From positions 492 to 64,491 of the forward strand of contig JAGCVN010000118.1 in assembly GCA_017962315.1 (NCBI GenBank): a stretch of DNA of 64,000 nt, in the 5' to 3' direction. A model generated the notes under the pieces. It did no database searches. It saw only the letters and a program-made list of their open reading frames with translations, and was not told the DNA's origin. Position 1 is the first letter of the stretch; the number at the start of each line of letters is the position of its first letter. The translations under genes were made by a program, and so were the position numbers. This stretch comes from Kiritimatiellia bacterium (GTDB taxonomy: Bacteria > Verrucomicrobiota > Kiritimatiellia > RFP12 > UBA1067). Shown here in pieces: positions 18,741-26,404 of the stretch.

Positions 18741-19016
18741 TCAATCCTTGCTTGATTTATAACCGATGATGGCGAGGACTAGCACGATCCAGAACCATTT
18801 TGAACCGAGTAACACGATGGCGATACTCTTCAAAAACCAGATAGCGGCCACTGCGACCACAACAAGGAGGCCACAACCGATAATCGTGTCGGAATCCCAT
18901 CCACTGCCGCCGGAAGACCGGCGGCGGGGGGACGACGGACGGCGGGAACGCCGGGACGCCCCCCTCTCCTCGACTTCTTCGAATTCCCCAGTTTGATCGT
19001 TGTACCGTAGTGCCAT
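18741..19016 (-). CDS. Small 91-aa membrane protein: MALRYNDQTGEFEE head, Arg/Ser-rich linker, two TM helices
   Basis: The stop is 9 nt upstream of the clpB ATG. The first 14 codons encode the same peptide as ORF 19222..19440, and every nucleotide difference there is synonymous. Confidence 0.7.
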   Translation of the reverse strand: MALRYNDQTGEFEEVEERGASRRSRRPSSPRRRSSGGSGWDSDTIIGCGLLVVVAVAAIWFLKSIAIVLLGSKWFWIVLVLAIIGYKSSKD

Positions 19017-19221
19017 CGAACACCTTCTTGAAAAGACTGCCGCGTTTCGCCTGCTGAACAGTCTATTCTATCCGATTCCGGCGCGTTTTCAAACAAAAAC
19101 ACGCATCCGCATGTGACCGCATCTGCGTGATCCACCTGTCAAACGCGATGCGGCGGCACCGGCAAGACCATTCTTCCCTCGTATATGTTCGGAGGACTCC
19201 CGCTTTCTCTGACAGGCCCGG

Positions 19222-19440
19222 TCAACCGTCCCCTTTTTTGAACAAACGGTGGAGAAGCGTATCCCCGGTTGCGACCAGGGCGACACACACGAGAACCTTG
19301 CCTACCTCGACGGCCACCTTGCCCCAGTCAACCGAAGAACGGGAGCGGGTACGGCCACGGGAGCGGGTACGGCTGCGGGATGAACCGCCGCCGCCCTCCT
19401 CTTCAAATTCCCCTGTTTGATCGTTATACCGTAGCGCCAT
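19222..19440 (-). CDS. Small 72-aa protein: MALRYNDQTGEFEE head, Gly then Arg/Ser-rich linker, one hydrophobic helix, ends ...KKGDG
   Basis: The ATG is 3 nt after the E1 stop. Paralogue of 18741..19016. Confidence 0.7.
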   Translation of the reverse strand: MALRYNDQTGEFEEEGGGGSSRSRTRSRGRTRSRSSVDWGKVAVEVGKVLVCVALVATGDTLLHRLFKKGDG

Positions 19441-19443
19441 CGA

Positions 19444-20694
19444 TCAGCCCCCCTGTCCGGCGACCTCATCGAGGTTGATACCCGACGTGTCGCCCATGTC
19501 TCCAAGACGGGATTCGATTTCGTCGCCCGTATCGAGTTCGGCATGGCCGCCGCAGACGGCGCACCCGTCGTTGCGGGCGATCCGCGCACCGTACCAGCGG
19601 AGGATCGTCGGTTTCGCCGCGGCGTTCGGGAAGGGCGCCCAGTTGGCGTGGCGGCGTTCCCGTCGGTTCGCCCACATGTAGTAGTCATAGACCAGCTCGT
19701 CTTCCAGCTGGGCGAGTCCGGTGTCCAGCCCGCGCGAAAGCTCGACGAGCGCAAGCTTGACCATGAGGTTGCAGATCGGTTCGATATCCGCCGAAAGCCC
19801 GACCTGCACCATCGCGGAAGCGTCCTCCGGCGAGACGTAGGCGGCGATGCGCCCCGAACGGCGGGCGGAGGCTTCGTCGGTGATCTCCTCGTCGCGGCTT
19901 TCAAACCAACCGTTCCCGATGAGGCAGTTGTAGCAGGGGCCGCCGGGACGGTAACGGAAGACGTCGCCGCCCTCCGCCCGCGTGACGGCCCTGCCGTACA
20001 GACAGGGCTTGGCGCGGCGGAGCAGCGCGTTCGTCAGGTTGAACCGGCTGGTGTTGTTGTCAGTCGCGCAGATCACGAGATCGGCGCGCGCGGTTTCACG
20101 GTCGAGAAGCACCGGCTCGCGGTTGATATCGACCGGGAAACGTTCGACTTCCGCATACGGGTTCTTCCCGAGGATCGCGTCGGCCACGGCGTCGGTCTTG
20201 AGCCGTCCGAGATCCTGCACCGAGCAGATGTGGCGAGAAAGGTTGTGCAACTCCATACGGTCGAAATCAAGCAGGGCGAACGCGCCGACGCCGGCTTTCG
20301 CCAGTTCGACGGCGATCTGTCCGCCGAAACTGCCCAGTCCGACGATCATGACGCGTTTCTGCGCGAGTGCGCCGACCTCCAGAATCCCTTTGCTACGGGA
20401 GAACAGTTCACTCCGTGACGGAATGAAGTTCAGCGGCAGTTCCTTTCCGTCGAGAAAGGCTGTCGCCTTCACGCCATCCCCTTCCCGTTCGTAACGGACG
20501 CAGAACCCCGCCGGGGGAAGTTCCCCCGTCCCGCCCCGGATGAAACGGCAAGGCGAAACCTTACCGTAGGCATGGCGGGGCGGGCGGGCGTGGAGGTGTA
20601 CGACCTCCTCCCCCTCCCACTCGCAGGCGACGCCGTCGGCGACGCCCGTATCGGGGAGGGTCATCAGTTCCTCTTTGTTCAGATAGACGATCAT
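19444..20694 (-). CDS. ThiF/E1-like adenylyltransferase with an N-terminal extension of about 95 aa
   Basis: Rossmann/ATP motif VMIVGLGSFGGQIAVELAKAGV, DFDRMELHNLSRH, and CxxC pairs (CYNC, CAVC). GGAAGGAG RBS. The ORF ends ...VAGQGG. Confidence 0.85.
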   Translation of the reverse strand: MIVYLNKEELMTLPDTGVADGVACEWEGEEVVHLHARPPRHAYGKVSPCRFIRGGTGELPPAGFCVRYEREGDGVKATAFLDGKELPLNFIPSRSELFSRSKGILEVGALAQKRVMIVGLGSFGGQIAVELAKAGVGAFALLDFDRMELHNLSRHICSVQDLGRLKTDAVADAILGKNPYAEVERFPVDINREPVLLDRETARADLVICATDNNTSRFNLTNALLRRAKPCLYGRAVTRAEGGDVFRYRPGGPCYNCLIGNGWFESRDEEITDEASARRSGRIAAYVSPEDASAMVQVGLSADIEPICNLMVKLALVELSRGLDTGLAQLEDELVYDYYMWANRRERRHANWAPFPNAAAKPTILRWYGARIARNDGCAVCGGHAELDTGDEIESRLGDMGDTSGINLDEVAGQGG

Positions 20695-20729
20695 TTCTGT
20701 CGCTCCTTCCGGGGAATAGACAGCCCCGC

Positions 20730-20924
20730 TTACGCGACTTCTTGCAACGCGAACCCCTCTTCGGTCATGCGCGTGACGACCTCGCCCTGGGCGGGCGATT
20801 CCGTCTTGTTGACCTGCTTGAACTCGCCGGTGACGGGATCATAGACCAGATCCGTCATCGTGTTCTCGCCAAGTCCCTGCTTGCGCACGTTCTCACTCAG
20901 GTTGTTCAATTCTCTCTCGTTCAT
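20730..20924 (-). CDS. Small 64-aa protein with an internal LVYDPVTGEFKQV motif
   Basis: Sits between the E2 and E1 genes with an AAAGGAA RBS. It shares Y-x-[DP]-x-T-G-E-F with the two MALRYNDQTGEFEE proteins. No C-terminal Gly. Confidence 0.6.
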   Translation of the reverse strand: MNERELNNLSENVRKQGLGENTMTDLVYDPVTGEFKQVNKTESPAQGEVVTRMTEEGFALQEVA

Positions 20925-20953
20925 GTTGTTTGTTCCTTTCTTGTTTTGTGCAA

Positions 20954-21382
20954 CTAATCCTGATGGTTGAGGTAGTAATCGATATCCTTCCCTGTACGCA
21001 GGTGTTGCTCATACATCTCGAGCCAGAGGCGGCTCTTGATGAAGACCTTGTAGATGGAGACCTCCGGATGCCATGAATCAAATCCGAAGTGGCAGATCCT
21101 TGTGCGCCCGTTCTCGCTGGTGAGGGTGTGCATTGTGGCGCTGCAGGAATCGAGGTCGTGCCCCCGCTTGTCTTTGAGCATCCGGGTGACGAACACCTTC
21201 GGGATGCTTTCGGGGAAATCATCCAGTTCGATCCGCAACGTGTAGACGTTGCCGCGGTTCGTGCGCGCGCCGAACACGACATAGGGCTCGTCCGTGTCCA
21301 GATCGAAAAAGCGGTAGAGATTGGGGGAAAGCTTGCGGCTGAGCACGCCGAGTTCAAGCTGGTAACGGTCATCTGTCATCAT
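20954..21382 (-). CDS. Prokaryotic E2 / UBC-like protein
   Basis: YTLRIELDDFPESIPKVFV (E2 flap motif) and MHTLTSENGRTRICHF (His...Cys active-site arrangement). The start overlaps the JAB stop (ATGATGA). Confidence 0.75.
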   Translation of the reverse strand: MMTDDRYQLELGVLSRKLSPNLYRFFDLDTDEPYVVFGARTNRGNVYTLRIELDDFPESIPKVFVTRMLKDKRGHDLDSCSATMHTLTSENGRTRICHFGFDSWHPEVSIYKVFIKSRLWLEMYEQHLRTGKDIDYYLNHQD

Positions 21383-22521
21383 GGATTGGATCCTCGTTTC
21401 GTCAGGTTTTTGTAAAAAGCGGTAAACGCGGGATAAATCTCACCCGTAAACACCCACTTCGGCGGGGCGGGCGGAACCCCGGCGGCGGGAAGGTGCGGTT
21501 GGTCCGCCCCTGCGGCGACCGCCGCGCAACGGCGCGCACGGTGAAGCAGGCGGACGCGGCGCGACCACTTCCGCTTGCCCTTCCGGTTCGCCAGCCGGTG
21601 CAGCCGCCGGACCTCGGATCTCGGGAGGCGGGCGTGTTCCGCGTTCCCGCCGGCGGATGCCGAGAGAGGATCCGGGGAACGCGGCGCGTCGGGCGGAAGC
21701 TCGACCACCGGGGCTTCGTAAGGGAACGCCTTCGGGAAATAGACATGCTCCACCCCGTAGCCGCGCCGGACGTTCACGTGGACGCACTTCTCCGCGTCGA
21801 GCTGGACGTTGACCCCCTCAGAGGGAGCGACGGCGGCAAGGTAATCGACAATCTGTTTCAAGACACGGTTGTTCGCCTTGTCGTTCAGCCAGTAATCCCC
21901 CCCGTAAACAGGCGTCGCCAGCCGTGCATCACCGGACGCGACGGCAAGCGGGGCCATGTGCGGGCGGGGCGTCCGGGGGACGGTCAACATCCGGCCCAGC
22001 TCCGGGTCCGTTTCGATCGCGGCACGGAAGGGGCTGACCATCGGCTTGACTTCCCAGCCCGCCTGTTTGTACTCGTACCCCGTTCGCTCGTGGAAGTTGA
22101 ACGCGTTGAACGTACTGGTTCGCCCGCCACAATTCCCGATACAGAGCAGGAAGCGCCCAAGGCCCTCCTTCGCGATGCTGTCCACCATCGTCTGCGCGTC
22201 GTGCCCGCTTGGCCTGGCAAGTCCGAGCTGGTGGTGGGAATGCCATTCGCCGATGTGGCGCAGGCCGTACCGGTGGATGAGGATGCCGCCGACGCGCACA
22301 AGGTAGTCGACATCCTGGTTGAAGAAAGTCACCTGGTGGTTTGCGCGCGGCCCCGGCCCGATCGCGAAGAGGACGACCGGCGTCCCTTCCGCCGTCCAAT
22401 AACCGAACAGTTGCCCGCCCGTTTCGATATTCGGGTAGTCTAAAATACACCGCGAAACAAAATCCAGCTCGCTTTGGTAAACTTGAACCGTAGACGACGG
22501 AACCTGATCATGTAAAGGCAT
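21379..22521 (-). CDS. JAB/JAMM metallopeptidase with a C-terminal extension of about 230 aa (second E2/UEV/RWD-like module plus an Arg-rich tail)
   Basis: IETGGQLFGYW and GEWHSHHQLGLARPSGHD form the JAMM motif. The C-terminal YFPKAFPYEAPVVELPP resembles the E2/RWD FP..YP..PP motif but has no obvious catalytic Cys. GGAG RBS. Confidence 0.8.
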   Translation of the reverse strand: MPLHDQVPSSTVQVYQSELDFVSRCILDYPNIETGGQLFGYWTAEGTPVVLFAIGPGPRANHQVTFFNQDVDYLVRVGGILIHRYGLRHIGEWHSHHQLGLARPSGHDAQTMVDSIAKEGLGRFLLCIGNCGGRTSTFNAFNFHERTGYEYKQAGWEVKPMVSPFRAAIETDPELGRMLTVPRTPRPHMAPLAVASGDARLATPVYGGDYWLNDKANNRVLKQIVDYLAAVAPSEGVNVQLDAEKCVHVNVRRGYGVEHVYFPKAFPYEAPVVELPPDAPRSPDPLSASAGGNAEHARLPRSEVRRLHRLANRKGKRKWSRRVRLLHRARRCAAVAAGADQPHLPAAGVPPAPPKWVFTGEIYPAFTAFYKNLTKRGSNP

Positions 22522-22672
22522 CTTGTATCACTCCAAACATTTCATTGCACCCAAAAGGATTTCCTTTGCCCTATTATTCTAGGGACCTCATCCCGTTTTC
22601 TAAAACAAAAGACTGTTTTCTTGGCAATTTTTTGGGATGCCCGGCTAACAACCAGCCAGACTCCCTCCGCCA

Positions 22673-22924
22673 CTACAGTCTCGCCTTCACAAAATCGCGC
22701 AACGCGGCGACGCTGAGGAAATTGCGGATGTTGAAATCGCGATCCTCAATCGTGATGCCGAAGGCCTCTTCCAGCCCGACCACGAGTTCCAGAAGACAGA
22801 CGGAATCCACTCCGTAGACGTCCACCAGCGAGGCGTCGGTGACAATCTCTTCCGGCTTCACGCTCAGGAAAAGCCGGTCAACGATCATTTCTTTCAGTTT
22901 GGATTCGATTTCCTGTTCACTCAT
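22673..22924 (-). CDS. Acyl carrier protein-like (phosphopantetheine-binding)
   Basis: 83 aa, acidic, with the VYGVDSVCLLELV Ser attachment motif. The ATG overlaps the stop of the MFS gene. Confidence 0.75.
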   Translation of the reverse strand: MSEQEIESKLKEMIVDRLFLSVKPEEIVTDASLVDVYGVDSVCLLELVVGLEEAFGITIEDRDFNIRNFLSVAALRDFVKARL

Positions 22925-24105
22925 TTCAACGTTCCTTTCTTCTGAACAGCGGCAAAGATGCCAAGTCCCAGCAGGTAGGCTTCACAGGCCAGCAAGACCC
23001 AGGTCAGGCCGTTCACGCCGCTCCGCTCCTGCATCCAGCCGAGGACGGGGGTGACGACCGCGCCGCCGACGATGGCCATGACCATCAGGCTGGAGATTTC
23101 GTTGGTTTTTTCCGGCACCCGGTTGATGGCCAGCCCCATCGCCATGCCGAAGGTGTTGGCAAGGCCGAGAGAGGCCGCGAAAACGCAGGCGAGGAGGAGG
23201 GCGGGCGTCCGGGCGAAAAACATGGCCGCCGTGCCGGCGACCGCCAGCAGGACCGTCCACGGGAAACACTTCGCCGGGGCGGCCTTCGCGAAAAGGATCG
23301 CTCCGATAAACGCGCCCGCCGTCTTCGCGATGAAATAAACCGTCGGCCCCATCCCCGCGACATCCGCATCCACCTTCATGTCCCGCAGGTAGTCCGGAAC
23401 CGTGTACCCGAACCCGACATCCGCGCCGACCGAGAAGAAAACGCCCAGCGTCATCGCGAGGATGTACGGAGAGCCGAGCTGGGCCAGGCAGCTGCCGAAC
23501 GTGACGCCGCCTGCCGCGGGTTCCTCCCGGCGGACGGGGGTTCGCCACAGCCACGCCGCCGCGACGAGGGTGATCGTCCCGTACAACGGGAACAGCAGCT
23601 TCCAGTTACCCATCGCCTTCGCGGTGAGGTAGACGAACACGGGCGTGAGCGCGGCGCAGACCGCCTTGACGAACTGTCCGAGCGAGATGCGGCTCGTCAA
23701 CTGGTCTTGCGGCACGACGTTGCTCATCAAAGCCGGGAGTGCCGCCTGGATCACCGTGTTCCCGATCCCGAGCAGCGCGAACGAGACGAAGTAGACCCAG
23801 ACACGCCCCGGTCCGCCGGCCAGCGCGAGGAACATCGCGAAAACCGTCACACCCAGGCTTGCCAGCACGGTGTTCTTGCGTCCGATTCGTCCGCAGAGGA
23901 TACCCGCCGGGATCGAGACAAGGAAAAACCAGATGAAAATCATCGACGGGAGGAATCCGGCCTGCGTATCGGACAGTCCGCATTCCGGCTTCACCTGGTT
24001 CATCACCGTCCCGATGATGTCGCTAAACCCCATTACAAAGAACCCCGCAAGGATCGGCATCAACGCCATCCAGCCCATTCCACGCCGCATCTCCGGCATC
24101 TCCAT
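22921..24105 (-). CDS. MFS transporter (FucP / sugar-permease-like)
   Basis: About 12 TM segments; GFSDIIGTV...LSDTQAGFLPSMIFIWFFLVSIPAGILCGRIGRK. Confidence 0.8.
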   Translation of the reverse strand: MEMPEMRRGMGWMALMPILAGFFVMGFSDIIGTVMNQVKPECGLSDTQAGFLPSMIFIWFFLVSIPAGILCGRIGRKNTVLASLGVTVFAMFLALAGGPGRVWVYFVSFALLGIGNTVIQAALPALMSNVVPQDQLTSRISLGQFVKAVCAALTPVFVYLTAKAMGNWKLLFPLYGTITLVAAAWLWRTPVRREEPAAGGVTFGSCLAQLGSPYILAMTLGVFFSVGADVGFGYTVPDYLRDMKVDADVAGMGPTVYFIAKTAGAFIGAILFAKAAPAKCFPWTVLLAVAGTAAMFFARTPALLLACVFAASLGLANTFGMAMGLAINRVPEKTNEISSLMVMAIVGGAVVTPVLGWMQERSGVNGLTWVLLACEAYLLGLGIFAAVQKKGTLK

Positions 24106-24258
24106 GTTCCCCCCTTTTTTCGATTCTTCACGAAACGCCCGTTATTCTCTCCTTTCCCTCCCCCGTTGGCAAGCCAGAAATCAACTCCGCAAAAAATCCA
24201 CGTTGCCGATGTCGCCGTTATCTGCTAGACTACCCGGCATCTACAGAAAGGACGGAAC

Positions 24259-25107
24259 ATGAACGCAACGGTAAAGATGGTATTGGTCGGAGCGGTCGTC
24301 GGAGCGGCTGCGTTTTTCGTGGGCAACCGGATGGGACGGACAGAGGCGCAGACGGGCGCGCCCAAAGCCGATGCAGTGGAAACGAGGGCGAAACCAAAAG
24401 CCGACGAGGCCGCCGCACTCGCCCGCGCAAAGAAACGGATTCATGAACTTGAATCTGAACTGGCGGCGATGCGCGCTGCCGCGACGAAGAAAACCGTGAT
24501 GGAAACCCCCGTAGAAGAGACGGTGGACGAACCGACGGCAGTCGCGACGTCGCCGACACCGATTCCGGGTTCCGACGCCGCCATCAGCGTCTCCCTCGGA
24601 ACGAGCAATGAAGACATCCTCAAGCAGATCAAGAAACAGGTTCCGAAAGAGCATTTCGCCGAGGTGACCAACGTGTTCGCCAAGATGCGCGAGAGGAACA
24701 TGAACAAGGCGCGCGGGAAAGTCCAGTACCTGGCCAGCATCGACACCGCCAACATGACCGACAAGCAGCGCAAGAGCCACCAGCGTTACCTGGAACTGCT
24801 CACCCGCATGGAGGAACTCTCCGCAAAGAACACGGGGTTCCTGCCGGATATGTCAACCCTCCAGCAGCAGGTGGAACTTCAGACCGAACTTACGCCGCTT
24901 GCGAAAGAGGAGCGAAAACTGCTGGTCGACCAGCTTTCCCGTAGCCTCGGCTATGAAGGGGACGACGCCGTCGTAATCAGCGAGACCGTACAGGACATCG
25001 TTGACGCGACGTCCCCGTCCGGCATGATCGGCACGGCGATCGCCACCTCCGTGGAAGAGATCGGCGGGTTGAGCCTCGGCGCACCGGGCGCGGCAAAACC
25101 GAAATGA
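24259..25107 (+). CDS. Hypothetical membrane-anchored coiled-coil protein
   Basis: N-terminal TM VKMVLVGAVVGAAAFFVG followed by Ala/Glu/Lys-rich helical sequence. Confidence 0.6.
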   Translation: MNATVKMVLVGAVVGAAAFFVGNRMGRTEAQTGAPKADAVETRAKPKADEAAALARAKKRIHELESELAAMRAAATKKTVMETPVEETVDEPTAVATSPTPIPGSDAAISVSLGTSNEDILKQIKKQVPKEHFAEVTNVFAKMRERNMNKARGKVQYLASIDTANMTDKQRKSHQRYLELLTRMEELSAKNTGFLPDMSTLQQQVELQTELTPLAKEERKLLVDQLSRSLGYEGDDAVVISETVQDIVDATSPSGMIGTAIATSVEEIGGLSLGAPGAAKPK

Positions 25108-25142
25108 AGGGTTGACCGATAGCGGCCGGTTGCCATTGACGG

Positions 25143-26213
25143 CTATCGCCGGGCGCCGCCCGCACGAGTCCGCTCCACCCCGTCGCCGTAGATGGTCTTC
25201 CAGTCGTCGCGCATGGAGATAGGGACCCAGCCGTTTTTCTTGCAGGCGGAACGCATCGCTTCCGCCTTTTTTGCGTCACCGTACTCGCGTTCCAGGTCGT
25301 CGCAAAGCACCATGAAGCCCATCGCCTTGTGCGGATTCTTCTGAAGGGTGTAGTTGAGCATACTGATGTCGCTGGAACTGTTGCCGAACGCAAGCACGGG
25401 CTGAATGCCGATCTCGCGCACGAGAACGGTGACTTTGTTCATCTGGAGGTTCTTGACGATACTCTTGCCGCCGAGCACCAGTTCATCCGTCGTCCGATAG
25501 GTGAACGCCAGACCGTCGTCCGTCCCTTGGGCGCGCGCAAGGAGCGTGCTGTCAGACCCGATGATCCACTGGGGTGGGAGCGGGAGTTTCGACCTGACCA
25601 CGGGACGCAGGACGAGCCGGTCGGTCCCGCTGCAGACGTACACGCTGAACTCGTTCGCCAGTAAGAGGTGTACGACCTCCAGCATGGGGAGGTAGTACGC
25701 CTCGCCGCGTTTCAATCCGGTGAATCCCGTGTGAGGTTCCCGCATGAAGCCCCGCACAAACGACTCAAACGCCTCCAGCGTCATCCCCTCGTAAACCTCC
25801 AGCATCAGGCGTTCACGGTCGTGCGTCAGGCCGGGAATCGCGGTACGGGAACGCGACGCCTTCGCCGCCGCCAGCTGTTCCGGCGTCGGGCGGTAGGAGG
25901 GATCGTCCAGCACGCGGCGTTCAAACAACAGCCAGTCGAAATAGGTGGGATCGGTCTCGCAAAAGAGCGTCCCGTCGAAATCGAACACGGCGATACGTTC
26001 CGGCTGCGGGATGTAGTCCGGCGAATCTTTCTCGGTCACGGCTCGGACATACTCAAGAAGCGCCGCCTTCGCCGGCGCGCCGTTTCGCCAGAGCGAAAGG
26101 TCTGCATCCCCCTTCCCCCGCAGGGAGGCACATCCCGTCAAGCAGACGGCCGCGGACAGGCAAGCCGCGAAAACGACAAAAAGACGACTCTTTCCTTCTT
26201 CATGATTTTTCAT
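25143..26213 (-). CDS. HAD-superfamily hydrolase lipoprotein
   Basis: Lipobox AVCLTGC and the HAD motif I VFDFDGTLF. Confidence 0.7.
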   Translation of the reverse strand: MKNHEEGKSRLFVVFAACLSAAVCLTGCASLRGKGDADLSLWRNGAPAKAALLEYVRAVTEKDSPDYIPQPERIAVFDFDGTLFCETDPTYFDWLLFERRVLDDPSYRPTPEQLAAAKASRSRTAIPGLTHDRERLMLEVYEGMTLEAFESFVRGFMREPHTGFTGLKRGEAYYLPMLEVVHLLLANEFSVYVCSGTDRLVLRPVVRSKLPLPPQWIIGSDSTLLARAQGTDDGLAFTYRTTDELVLGGKSIVKNLQMNKVTVLVREIGIQPVLAFGNSSSDISMLNYTLQKNPHKAMGFMVLCDDLEREYGDAKKAEAMRSACKKNGWVPISMRDDWKTIYGDGVERTRAGGARR

Positions 26214-26404
26214 GGCGCCATTTTATCAGAAGGGAAGTCAAAACAGAAGGGGGAAAATCGCCTTGAAATTGCGGCTTGCGTCCCCCGCGTTTTTCGGGTA
26301 GGATGAAAGGACAGAATGTGATGGGGTCGCCCTCTCCGTTCAGTGCCTGGCGCAGGGAAGCGCCGGCGCGGAGAGCGGGACGGCTCCGCAAAGGAGAGCA
26401 TCAG

